A stretch of 64,000 nt of DNA from a plasmid. The position numbers and the translations under genes were made by a program. Shown one piece after another: positions 19,244-28,165 of this stretch. The stretch lies in the sequence record NZ_CP119397.1; one strand, 5' to 3'. The notes beneath the pieces are model-generated. The model was not told the origin of the DNA and did no database searches. It saw nothing but the letters and a program-made list of their open reading frames with translations. Each line of letters opens with the position of its first letter. Positions within the stretch are counted from its first letter, which is position 1.

Positions 19244-19878
19244 AAATCGTTATGCTGGATATTCGGGCAGGTAATACACCCTATGGGGGTGTTATCCGGG
19301 GGCATCAGATTTTCATTCGCTTAAGATAATCAATCAACAGCCGTTGGCGTAATGAATAACGGTGAGCGTAAGGCCATACCACATAGAGTGGCGTCCCCGC
19401 ATCAGTGAGGTGCTCGTTGAGCACTTCACAAAGCTGCCAACAGGTGCCTCAGATCGCAGGGTCTTAAAAAGAGCGTCACTTTCCTGGGCACTTTGGCCGC
19501 TATGGCGTGGGTTCATAGCTATCCGGCCAGAGTAAAGAACACATCAGGTCTCTGTCCATGTGCCTGACGCTTCTTCTTATGGCCGGCCTCCTCGCCAATG
19601 CTGATCAGCAGTTCCCACACAACGATTCTTTACAACCCGGTGACTGGGGTTTCTCCCGCGCCTGCCGATAGTAATACCCAGGCGTCATCATCTGTGCCCC
19701 TTCCCCTGCCCCTGGCTGTGAGCAGGATGAATGGGCACAGGTGAGTATTCGCATGGCACATTGCCGGGGAGACATTTTCACCGCTTTCTTCATTTTCAGA
19801 GCAACAGGACACCAGACTGTGAACGCCAAATCCGGCACGACCTCCTTGTCACTCACGCATACCCCGCTGGGCAAAAGC

Positions 19879-21369
19879 ATGATGGCGTTTCTGCTGCTGA
19901 CGGCACTCGCTGTCATCGTGATTAATGGGTGGTCCCTGTGGAGCGCCTGGCAGCACAGGCTGAAAGAGAAAGAAGATGATGCCCGGAACCTCTCGGTGTC
20001 GCTGGCCCGTCAGGCCGAGGATACCTTTCTCCAGGTGGATATCTCGCTTGGCGAGGTGGTCAGGCACCTCCGGCAGAACGGCCCGGACTATGCCGCCACG
20101 CCCGCTTTTACCCGCCAGTTGCAGGAGCAGCAGGGCAAACTGACGCAACTGCACTCCCTGTCGGTTTTTGATGCCCACGGAAACCGGGTGGCCTCCTCGG
20201 GGCGTTACGTACCGGCCACATCCAACAACGCCGACCGGGAGTATTTTATCTGGCACCGCACCCACGCGGATACCAACGTGCATATCAGCCATGTCACTTA
20301 CAGCCGCTCCACGTCGGATCTGTTTATTCCGGTATCCGTGCGCCTCAATGACAGCGCGGGCAACTTTGCCGGGATCGCGCTGGCGGCGGTGAAGGTGGAT
20401 TACTTCAAACATTTTTACAGCTATTACACCCTGGGCGAGCGGGATGAACTGGGGCTGATCCTGGCGGATACCTCCATCCTCTACATGCGCCCGTTCCCGG
20501 ATACCTATATTGACAGAAGGCTGACCGCCAGCCCGCTGTTCAAAACGCCGCCAAAAGCGCTGAACAGCGGCAACGAGACGTGGCGCTCCTCGCTGGATGG
20601 CGTAAACCGCATCTTCGGCCATGCCCGCTTCGGGCGATACCCGCTGATCGTGCTGGTGGGCTATGACCGGGACAGATTGCGATCGGAATGGCTGGCCGCC
20701 AACCTGACCTCCGTCACGCTGAATGTGGTGCTGTTGGCGGTGCTGATGGGAATGGGGCTGGTTGTGCTGAGGCAGGTCAGAACCAGCATCAGGAATCAGC
20801 TCGAGCTGACCCAGACCAAAGACGAACTCACCACCCTCAACCGCACTTTACAGTCGCTGGCACTGGTGGACAGCCTGACCGGCCTGGCAAACCGCCGGCA
20901 TTTTGACGCGCTGCTTGCGCAGGGCCTGGCGCGGTCGCAGAAATCCGGTGAGCCGATCTCGCTTATCATGATGGATATCGACTTTTTCAAACACTATAAC
21001 GACACCTACGGGCACGTCGCGGGGGACATGTGCCTGAAAAAGGTAGGTGGCCTGCTCAGCAACATTACATATCGCCATACTGACCTGGTGGCCCGTTACG
21101 GCGGGGAGGAGTTTGCGATTATTCTGCCTTTCGCGAATGCAGCCGACGCGAAACAGTTAGCTGACTGGGCGGTGAGGGCGGTCAATGGGGCGGGCATGGT
21201 ACACGGGGCCACGCTGCTGCCCCATAAAGTGGTCACGATCAGCGCCGGGTGCTGCACGATTATTGCGGATGGGCATGAGGGCGAGGCCACCGAGTTCCGG
21301 GAACGGGCAGACGCGATGCTTTATGAGGCCAAACGCCTTGGCCGCAACCGGGCGCACGCGGAGGGGTAA
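19879..21369 (+). CDS. Membrane-bound diguanylate cyclase (GGDEF) with an N-terminal periplasmic sensor domain.
   Basis: Two TM segments flank a ~280-aa periplasmic region. Intact GGEEF active-site motif and RxxD I-site-like motif. The start is uncertain (the ORF is open from 19741). Confidence 0.8.
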   Translation: MMAFLLLTALAVIVINGWSLWSAWQHRLKEKEDDARNLSVSLARQAEDTFLQVDISLGEVVRHLRQNGPDYAATPAFTRQLQEQQGKLTQLHSLSVFDAHGNRVASSGRYVPATSNNADREYFIWHRTHADTNVHISHVTYSRSTSDLFIPVSVRLNDSAGNFAGIALAAVKVDYFKHFYSYYTLGERDELGLILADTSILYMRPFPDTYIDRRLTASPLFKTPPKALNSGNETWRSSLDGVNRIFGHARFGRYPLIVLVGYDRDRLRSEWLAANLTSVTLNVVLLAVLMGMGLVVLRQVRTSIRNQLELTQTKDELTTLNRTLQSLALVDSLTGLANRRHFDALLAQGLARSQKSGEPISLIMMDIDFFKHYNDTYGHVAGDMCLKKVGGLLSNITYRHTDLVARYGGEEFAIILPFANAADAKQLADWAVRAVNGAGMVHGATLLPHKVVTISAGCCTIIADGHEGEATEFRERADAMLYEAKRLGRNRAHAEG

Positions 21370-21471
21370 GCGCCCTTCGCCGGGGTTACCCTGCCGGCAT
21401 GGTCTCGACAAGCTGGTGCTATAGATAATGGCGAGCACGCACGATTGCCTCAGATACTGCGCTCAGCTAGC

Positions 21472-21485
21472 CTGTACATGTACAG
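21472..21485. promoter_or_regulatory. Perfect 14-bp palindrome CTGTACATGTACAG, 15 bp upstream of the antitoxin start.
   Basis: The sequence is self-complementary. Its position is classic for an autoregulatory toxin-antitoxin operator. Confidence 0.4.
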
Positions 21486-21499
21486 TGATGAGGTGACTT

Positions 21500-21793
21500 A
21501 TGAAAACGATAAGCTATACCAAAATGCGTGATGATCTGGCGAATGTGCTTGAAATGCTGAGAAGTGGTGAACCCGTGACGGTTACTCAACGCGGCGAGCC
21601 GGACATTGTGTTAAATGCAGAGGCCGAGCCTGCTATCAAAGCAGGAAGCTGGAGAACGGCTGGGGAAAACCAACCAAAACAGCTCATCACCTCGCTGACA
21701 AAAAAAATGTCAGAAGGGATGACGTTTGAACAAGCCAAAGCAAAAACGCAAATGAAACACGCACATATTATTAAAGCCCTGGAAGATAAATAA
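21500..21793 (+). CDS. Phd/YefM-family type II antitoxin-like protein.
   Basis: The N-terminus fits the Phd/YefM pattern (MKTISYTKMRDDLANVLEMLRSGEPVTVTQRG). A doc remnant follows immediately. GAGGTGA RBS. Confidence 0.55.
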   Translation: MKTISYTKMRDDLANVLEMLRSGEPVTVTQRGEPDIVLNAEAEPAIKAGSWRTAGENQPKQLITSLTKKMSEGMTFEQAKAKTQMKHAHIIKALEDK

Positions 21794-22034
21794 TGGCTAT
21801 TCAGTTTTTGACAACAGAACAGGTAACGATGCCAATAAGCGCACTGCATTCCAGGCAGCTTCTATCTTCCTGATGATGAATGGCTATGAATTGAGTACCT
21901 CTTTCAGGCTGGTTAAACTCACGGTGTTAGCCGCTGAAGATGATGCAAATCTGCTTGAAACAGCCTTTTCTCTGAAATTGCTTTCAGATTATCGTGATGA
22001 TCTTATGGATGAATATCCCGAAGAATATATCTGA
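21793..22034 (+). pseudogene. Degraded doc (death-on-curing / Fic-family) toxin gene with an internal deletion and frameshift.
   Basis: The frame from the ATG at 21793 gives a Doc-like N-terminus (MAIQFLTTEQV...ISALH), then stops after 26 aa. The frame beginning at 21795 encodes a Doc C-terminal half with the NDANKRTA Fic-motif remnant. About 40 codons are missing between them. Confidence 0.6.
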
Positions 22035-22280
22035 AGAACGGGGTTTTCTCGCAGCCTGAAGGCAGCCCCTTTTATGAGTTGGGGTTAATCGTAAGTTATT
22101 ACAATCGGCTGTTTCTGCTAATGAATAAAGCCTCTGACAGGTATCATTGCATGTACCGTCAATTTCCCCCGTGTTTCCACCCTGCATCCCACCCCCGCTG
22201 AAACCTCATTCACAATTATCCGGCGCGTAATCACACTTTCCTGATAAGGGTATTGTCTGGTGTTTTTTCTGCTGTAGATT

Positions 22281-22296
22281 GCTAACTCGAGTTAGC
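22281..22296. promoter_or_regulatory. Perfect 16-bp palindrome GCTAACTCGAGTTAGC, LacI-type operator candidate (site A).
   Basis: Self-complementary with a central CG. Overlaps a putative -10 (TAGATT), with TTGTCT 16 nt upstream. Near-identical sites occur at 27922 and 28093. Confidence 0.5.
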
Positions 22297-22454
22297 TTGG
22301 CGGAAGAGAGGGAGGATAGGCCGCGTGGGGCGCGGGCAATGGGTCTCCTCTTCGCAGTGGCCGGGCAGACACGGCACAGTGTGCGGCCTGCCGGTGCGGG
22401 ATGGCCGCATGTTCAGCCTGGGACAAGCAGGCTTTTGCGATGAGGAGCTAGACC

Positions 22455-23681
22455 ATGCATCACATGACATCAGGGCTACTGGGGCATTTGACCAAAACCA
22501 GCCAGGCCACCAGCGGGCGCTTTTCCAGCCACGACACCAGCGGGAAAAATCAGGATTACTGGATGATCGGCGCAGGGGACACTGTGCGGCTGGCGGACAT
22601 CCAGGGGCCGGGCTGTATTACCCATCTGTGGATGACGCAGTTCTGCCGCCGCGTGCTCGGGCCGGGGCTGATTGACCCGGCCGCCGGGCAATATGTCGCG
22701 CCCATCAATGAGATCAATAATGCGCTCGGCGTCAGCTGGGAAATCCACGACCCGGACTACTACCGCAAGGTGCTGCTGAAAATCTACTGGGATGACCAGA
22801 CCACGCCCTCGGTGCTGGTGCCGCTGGGGGATTTCTTCTGCGTCGGCCACGGCATCCCGGCCACCTTCACCAGCCTGCCGTTTACCGTCTCTGTCCGGCC
22901 GGAAGAGCAGTACCGCCCCGGCGGCACGGCGGCGCTTAACTGCTACCTGCCGATGCCGTTTAACAGCCGGGCGATCATCGAAGTCGAAAACCAGAACGAC
23001 GTGCCTTACGGGCAATATTTCCACATCGATTACGAGCAGTACCCGCAGGCGCTGGGCACCGATACCGCCTATTTCCACGCCAGCTGGCGGCGCGAAGCGC
23101 CCTGTGCCGGCTGGGCGCCGGAGTTGCAGGTCAACAGCCCCGAGGTGAATATCGCGAACCTGGACGGCGCCAATAACTATGTGATCCTCGACATCGAAGG
23201 CGAGGGGCATTACATCGGTTGCAACCTGTCGGTGGCCCATGCGCAGGGCACCTGGTGGGGCGAAGGGGATGACATGATCTTCGTGGACGATGACACCTGG
23301 CCGCCGACGCTGGTGGGCACCGGCAGCGAAGACTATTTCAACCATGCGTGGGGGATGCAGGAGAACGCCTCGCTGATGAACGGCTGCTCGCTGCATGACG
23401 CGCATGTGCCGGGGCACCAGACCTGCTACCGCTTCCACCTCACCGATCCGGTGCATTTCAAAAAACGTATCCGCGTCACCATGGAACACGGCCACGCCAA
23501 CCACCTGGCGGATGACTGGGCCACCACCGCCTACTGGTATCAGACCTTGCCCTCCCAACCGGTCACCATCCAGCCGGTAGAGGAACGGCTGCCGGGGCAA
23601 CGCACGGGGGAACCGCAGGTGGCGTTAACCCCGGAAATGCAGCAGCAAAAGCGCAGGCGCAGCAGCGTTTCGCGGCGATGA
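22455..23681 (+). CDS. DUF2961 / glycoside hydrolase family 172-like protein (alpha-D-fructo/arabinofuranosidase family).
   Basis: Pattern recalled for DUF2961: DIQGPGCITHLWMT, GTGSEDYF. Sits in a context with a GPH symporter and a LacI regulator. GAGGAG RBS. The C-terminal ~15 aa may be affected by a frameshift. Confidence 0.65.
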   Translation: MHHMTSGLLGHLTKTSQATSGRFSSHDTSGKNQDYWMIGAGDTVRLADIQGPGCITHLWMTQFCRRVLGPGLIDPAAGQYVAPINEINNALGVSWEIHDPDYYRKVLLKIYWDDQTTPSVLVPLGDFFCVGHGIPATFTSLPFTVSVRPEEQYRPGGTAALNCYLPMPFNSRAIIEVENQNDVPYGQYFHIDYEQYPQALGTDTAYFHASWRREAPCAGWAPELQVNSPEVNIANLDGANNYVILDIEGEGHYIGCNLSVAHAQGTWWGEGDDMIFVDDDTWPPTLVGTGSEDYFNHAWGMQENASLMNGCSLHDAHVPGHQTCYRFHLTDPVHFKKRIRVTMEHGHANHLADDWATTAYWYQTLPSQPVTIQPVEERLPGQRTGEPQVALTPEMQQQKRRRSSVSRR

Positions 23682-23826
23682 TGCGCCTGCGCCAGGAGGG
23701 TATTGACCAGAAACTGGCGGCCACGCGGCAAAAATCCGCGCTGAACCGCCGGACAAAATAACCCTTCCCCCTGTCAGGGCAGGGCCAGCCTGCCCTGAAC
23801 CCGTTGACGTGAACCGAGGTACAGTG

Positions 23827-25191
23827 ATGGATAACCGATTATCTGTGCTGGAAAAAAGTGCCTATGGCTCGGGTGACATGGCGCTCACCATCTCCATAAT
23901 TTCAGCCTCTATTTTGATTTACGCTTTCCTGATCCAGGTGGTCGGGTTAACGCCCGTGGACGCCGGCTGGATCCTGATGGCGGTGCGCACCATTGATGCC
24001 ATCTCCGACCCGATGATGGGCTGGCTGACCGGCAAAGTGCGCACGCGCCTCGGCCGTTACCGCCATTGGTTGCTGATTGGCGCGCTGCCGTTCGGCATCT
24101 CCCTTTACCTGCTGTTTACCACGTTCGGCCAGAGCTACGGCGAGAAAATGGCCTGGTCAACCGGGGTTTATATCTTTAACAGCCTGGCATTTACCGTGCT
24201 GGCCATTCCTTATATCTCGCTGATCGGCGTGATGACGCGTGACCCGCAGGAGCGGCTGCTGGCGAACGCGTACCGGTTCCCGATGGCGAAAGTCGCCACG
24301 CTGATTGTCTCCACCTTTGTGCCGTATTGGGTCACCAGCGGCGGGGATGCGCGCAGCAGTTATGCGAATGCGTTTCTGGTGATTGGGCTGGTCAGCGTCG
24401 CGCTGGTGATGTTCTGCGCCTTTAACGTCAAAGAGCGCGTCAAACCGGAAGCGCCGCCCGAACCGCTGGCGCGGCAGATTTCCGGGCTGGTGAAAAACGA
24501 TCAATGGCTGGCGCTGAGCCTGGCGATGGTACTGCTGTTTATCGGCTTGCTGGTGAACGGCAGCATCGCCATCATCTACGGCAAGGAGTTCGCCGGGGCC
24601 ACCGATGGCTGGGGCATCGCATTTTTCATGGGCATGGGATCGGTGGGCGGCATCGTCGGCCCGTTTGTCTCGCTTTGGCTCACGAAACGCTACTGCAAAG
24701 TCGCGGTGTTCCGCTGGTCGATGTATGGCTCGGCGCTGGTGTCGGCGCTGGCCTGGCTGCTGGTGGGGCAGAACGATTTCTACCTGGCGACCGCCTTTTA
24801 CCTGCTCTGTTCGATTGTCTCGCAGATCAACACCCCGATCCTCTGGTCATCAATTACTGAAGCCTCGGATTACGGCCGGATTAAAACCGGCATCGACGCG
24901 GGCGGGCTGTCGATTGGGATGATCTCGTTTTGCCAGAAATTCGGGATGGGATTATCCGGCCCGATCACCGGATACCTGATGACCTGGGTCGGTTACCGCG
25001 CCGGTACTGCGCTACAGCCGGAGGCCATCAGCGGGATAGAGGGGATCATGACGCTGGTGCCCGCCTTCTTCTATATTGTGGTCGGGCTGGTGATGCGCAA
25101 ATACATCATCAACAACAGCTACTACAACGCCATGATGGCGGAAAACAGCCTGCCCGCCGCCGCAATCAAAGAGCACCAATGGGCGGGCTGA
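23827..25191 (+). CDS. MFS transporter, glycoside-pentoside-hexuronide (GPH):cation symporter family.
   Basis: GPH N-terminal signature (LSVLEKSAYGSGDMA...DAISDPMMGWLTGKVRTRLGRYRHW). 12 TM segments. Confidence 0.8.
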   Translation: MDNRLSVLEKSAYGSGDMALTISIISASILIYAFLIQVVGLTPVDAGWILMAVRTIDAISDPMMGWLTGKVRTRLGRYRHWLLIGALPFGISLYLLFTTFGQSYGEKMAWSTGVYIFNSLAFTVLAIPYISLIGVMTRDPQERLLANAYRFPMAKVATLIVSTFVPYWVTSGGDARSSYANAFLVIGLVSVALVMFCAFNVKERVKPEAPPEPLARQISGLVKNDQWLALSLAMVLLFIGLLVNGSIAIIYGKEFAGATDGWGIAFFMGMGSVGGIVGPFVSLWLTKRYCKVAVFRWSMYGSALVSALAWLLVGQNDFYLATAFYLLCSIVSQINTPILWSSITEASDYGRIKTGIDAGGLSIGMISFCQKFGMGLSGPITGYLMTWVGYRAGTALQPEAISGIEGIMTLVPAFFYIVVGLVMRKYIINNSYYNAMMAENSLPAAAIKEHQWAG

Positions 25192-25202
25192 CAGGACGGC
25201 GG

Positions 25203-26195
25203 TCAGCGGTGCCGGGTGATTAACGTCATGTCCACATTCAGCGCGCCCAGCGGGGGCGCGCCGTCTATCCGCTGCTGCATCATCTCAAACGCCTGCTGCG
25301 CCCAGGCATCCTCGTTCTGCTGCATCGACCAGACATTATTCGCCAGGAAACTCAGCATCGGGTGCTCGTCAAAGGTGCCGAGGTTGATAGCGCCCGGCAG
25401 CGCCCCGGCGTGGGCGCGCACGGCCTCAATCGCCCCTTCCAGCACCGGCAGGGAGGAGGCGATAAAGGCGGCGGGCAGCCCGTGCGTGTTGATGACCTGC
25501 GCCATCATCGCGTTGCCGCTTTCGGCGCTGTTGCCGCGGCCGGTCGCCACCCAGGCTGCCGGGTCAAGGCCGTGCGCCGTCAGTACGCGCCGGTAGCCCG
25601 CCAGCCGTTGGCGGATGGAGGGCAGCTCCGGGTCACCGGCCAGGAACCACAACGGCGGCGCGCCCGCCTGCAACATCGCCTGCGTCAGCGTCTCGCCCCC
25701 ATCAATGTTGTTGCTCTCGACCAGCGAATGGTTCATCCCGAGGAAATCACGGTCGAGAAACACCAGCGGTTTTTTTACCCGCTTCAGGTGGTGCTGCTGG
25801 TTCTCACGGCTGGAGGGCACAATAAACAGCCCGTCGGTGTTGCGCGCAATCATCGCCTCCACCCGCTTATTCTCATACTCCGGGTCATCGTAGGTGCAGC
25901 TGATCATCAACTGGTAGCCGAATTTACGGCAGTACAGCTCCAGCTTTTCGGCCAGCGTGGCAAAAAAGACGTTGGAGAGGCAGGGCAGGATCAGCCCGAG
26001 GGTGTAGGTTTTATTGAGTTTCAGGCTGCGGGCAGAGTGGTTGAGGGTATAGCCGTGGTGGCCGACATACTCCATGACCCGCGTCTGGGTTTTCGCGCTG
26101 ATGCGGTACTGTGCTGCTTTGTTCCCCAATACCAGCCGGACGGTGGTCACCGACAGGTTCAGGTCATTCGCTATCTGTTCTACCGTTTTCGCCAT
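25203..26195 (-). CDS. LacI-family transcriptional regulator.
   Basis: N-terminal HTH (TVEQIANDLNLSVTTVRLVLGNKAAQYRISAKTQTRV) and a periplasmic-binding-protein-like effector domain. Confidence 0.85.
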   Translation of the reverse strand: MAKTVEQIANDLNLSVTTVRLVLGNKAAQYRISAKTQTRVMEYVGHHGYTLNHSARSLKLNKTYTLGLILPCLSNVFFATLAEKLELYCRKFGYQLMISCTYDDPEYENKRVEAMIARNTDGLFIVPSSRENQQHHLKRVKKPLVFLDRDFLGMNHSLVESNNIDGGETLTQAMLQAGAPPLWFLAGDPELPSIRQRLAGYRRVLTAHGLDPAAWVATGRGNSAESGNAMMAQVINTHGLPAAFIASSLPVLEGAIEAVRAHAGALPGAINLGTFDEHPMLSFLANNVWSMQQNEDAWAQQAFEMMQQRIDGAPPLGALNVDMTLITRHR

Positions 26196-26252
26196 GCCAT
26201 ACCGCTCCCTTCACGCCGTGACTGGCCGGTAGTATAAAGGCAAAGCGCGTGC

Positions 26253-26280
26253 AGCGCCCCCCTAAACAGGCGGGGGGCTG
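26253..26280 (-). terminator. GC-rich hairpin (CCCCCC/GGGGGG stem) downstream of the FGGY kinase gene.
   Basis: agcgcccccc-taaacagg-cggggggct, followed on the minus strand by a T-rich tract. Confidence 0.4.
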
Positions 26281-26311
26281 CGATAACCTGCGCCGGAACA
26301 GCAAGATAGCC

Positions 26312-27892
26312 TCAGCGCATCAGCGTATTGAGCGCCTGTTGCTGATCGTACATCGCCAGATAGGCGCGGTATTTCTGATCGTGGAACGCTTTTTTCGTCA
26401 CATTGGCCGCGATCACCCGGTCAGGGCGTACCATCGCCGCACAGGCGGCGGTGATGCCCGGCCAGTAACCGCCTGCCGCCGCGCCGGTAATCGCCGCGCC
26501 GAGCGTGACCGGGTCATCGTCACTCACCAGCTGGATATCACAGCCGGTGATGTCGGCGTATTCGCGCAGCCACAGCGGGTTACGCGTCGCCCCGCCGCAC
26601 ATCACCAGCCGCGTGACCCGGTGGCCGGAGGCCGCCATTACCTCCATGATGTGCCGGGTGCCGTAGGCGATCGCCTGTAGCGTGGCGAGGTAAAGCCGTG
26701 CCAGTGCCGGTTCGCCGCGTTCCAGCGTCAGGCCGCTGACGCTGCCGCGCGCGTCCGGTTGGGCACGGGGTGAGCGGTTGCCGTGGTGATCCGCCAGCAC
26801 ATGCAGGTGGCGGGTCGGGAACGGCTCGCGCTGTTCCAGTTGTGCCACCCAACGGTTGACCAGTTCCACCGGGTGGCACTGCTGCGCGGCGGCCTGCTCC
26901 GTGAGGTGCACACTGCCGCCCTGCTGGTGCAGCGTCCAGTCCACCAGCGCGCCCGCCGCGCTCTGCCCGCCCTCCGTCAGCCACCAGCCCGGCAGCATCG
27001 CTGACCAGTACGGCCCCCAGACCCCCGGCGTCATCACCTTTTCGCGGTTCGCCAGCATATGGCAGTTGGAGGTGCCGCTGATCAGCGCCAGCGTGGCGTC
27101 CGGTTGGGTACCCAGCAGCGCCAGCCCGCCCGCATGGGCATCGATCATCCCGGCGGCCACCACCACCTGCGGCGACAGCCCCAGCGCGTCGGCTGCCTGC
27201 GGGGTGAGCGTCCCGGCACGTGCGCCGACCTCCAGCACCGTCGCCGGGAGTTTTTCCGGCAGATCGCCAAGGCCCACCGCCGCTAACAGACTCTCGCTGA
27301 AGCGCTGCTCATGCGCCAGGTAATTCCACTTGCAGGTCAGGGTACAGAGGCTGGCGGCGTCCTGGCCGGTGGCTTTCCATACCAGAAAATCCGCCAGGTC
27401 GAAGAAACGGTGCACCTGCCGGTAGCGTTCCGGCAAATGGGTTTTCAGCCACAGCACCTTGGGCAGTTGCATCTCGAGGCTGACTTCACCGCCGACATAC
27501 TGCAACGCCTCATCACCGGTCTGGTTGATGCAGGCGGCCTCTGCCCCGGCGCGGTGATCCATCCACATGATGGTGTCGTGTGCCGCGTTTCCCTCGGGCG
27601 ACACCGCCACGCCGTGGCCCGCCGCATCCACCGCCACCAGCGAACAGGTGGCGTCAAACCCCAGCGAGCGCACCGCCCGGCGGTCAATACCGGCTTTGTC
27701 CAGCGCGGTATTGACCACCGCGCAGACCTGCTGCCAGATCTCTGACGAGGCGTGTTCCACCCGCTCGCCGCCGGGGCGGAACTGGGTAATGGGTTCTACC
27801 GCAAACGCCAGCCGCGTACCTTGCGCGTCATACACGCCGGCCCGTACGCTGGCTGAGCCGACATCCACCCCTAAAAAGTAATCCTGTGCCAT
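26312..27892 (-). CDS. FGGY-family carbohydrate (pentulose) kinase, D-ribulokinase-like. It is not FucK-like.
   Basis: FGGY N-terminus (YFLGVDVGSASVRAGVYD) and a C-terminal FGGY domain (VMCGGATRNPLWLREYADITGCDIQL). AGGAGGG RBS before the ATG at 27892. Confidence 0.8.
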   Translation of the reverse strand: MAQDYFLGVDVGSASVRAGVYDAQGTRLAFAVEPITQFRPGGERVEHASSEIWQQVCAVVNTALDKAGIDRRAVRSLGFDATCSLVAVDAAGHGVAVSPEGNAAHDTIMWMDHRAGAEAACINQTGDEALQYVGGEVSLEMQLPKVLWLKTHLPERYRQVHRFFDLADFLVWKATGQDAASLCTLTCKWNYLAHEQRFSESLLAAVGLGDLPEKLPATVLEVGARAGTLTPQAADALGLSPQVVVAAGMIDAHAGGLALLGTQPDATLALISGTSNCHMLANREKVMTPGVWGPYWSAMLPGWWLTEGGQSAAGALVDWTLHQQGGSVHLTEQAAAQQCHPVELVNRWVAQLEQREPFPTRHLHVLADHHGNRSPRAQPDARGSVSGLTLERGEPALARLYLATLQAIAYGTRHIMEVMAASGHRVTRLVMCGGATRNPLWLREYADITGCDIQLVSDDDPVTLGAAITGAAAGGYWPGITAACAAMVRPDRVIAANVTKKAFHDQKYRAYLAMYDQQQALNTLMR

Positions 27893-27921
27893 TTTCCCTC
27901 CTGCGGTGATGCGATGAGTCA

Positions 27922-27942
27922 TTGCTGATTCGACGTAGCGTT
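27922..27942. promoter_or_regulatory. Operator-like site TTGCTGATTCGACGTAGCGTT (site C).
   Basis: Matches GCTNNNTCGANNNAGC. Lies 30 bp upstream of the FGGY start. Confidence 0.45.
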
Positions 27943-28092
27943 GGGCAGACCATAATTCACCCGGCATTTTCCCTCAAACAGTTTGGCAGAAGTTTGTGAA
28001 CGGGCGCAGGTCAGCCGCGCTTTTGTGCGCAGGCGTGAAAACCCTCACAGAACGTTCTGAAAGGGGTTGCCGACTTTTTGCTGTTCGCCCTA

Positions 28093-28112
28093 AGCTACGT
28101 CGAGTTAGCAAT
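28093..28112. promoter_or_regulatory. Operator-like site AAGCTACGTCGAGTTAGCAA (site B).
   Basis: Identical to site A at 18 of 20 positions. Lies upstream of fucI and inverted relative to site C. Confidence 0.45.
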
Positions 28113-28165
28113 AATCTGCGCCGGAAATGCGGCGCACCGCGTGATTCTTTTTACAGGGGAACGTT

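Noticed and set aside
23640-23760. Possible frameshift at the C-terminus of the GH172-like gene. An alternative frame gives a ...QQKAQAQQRFAAMMRLRQEG... tail.
   Set aside because: It would need an insertion rather than simple homopolymer slippage. I cannot distinguish a real C-terminus from an error without homologues.
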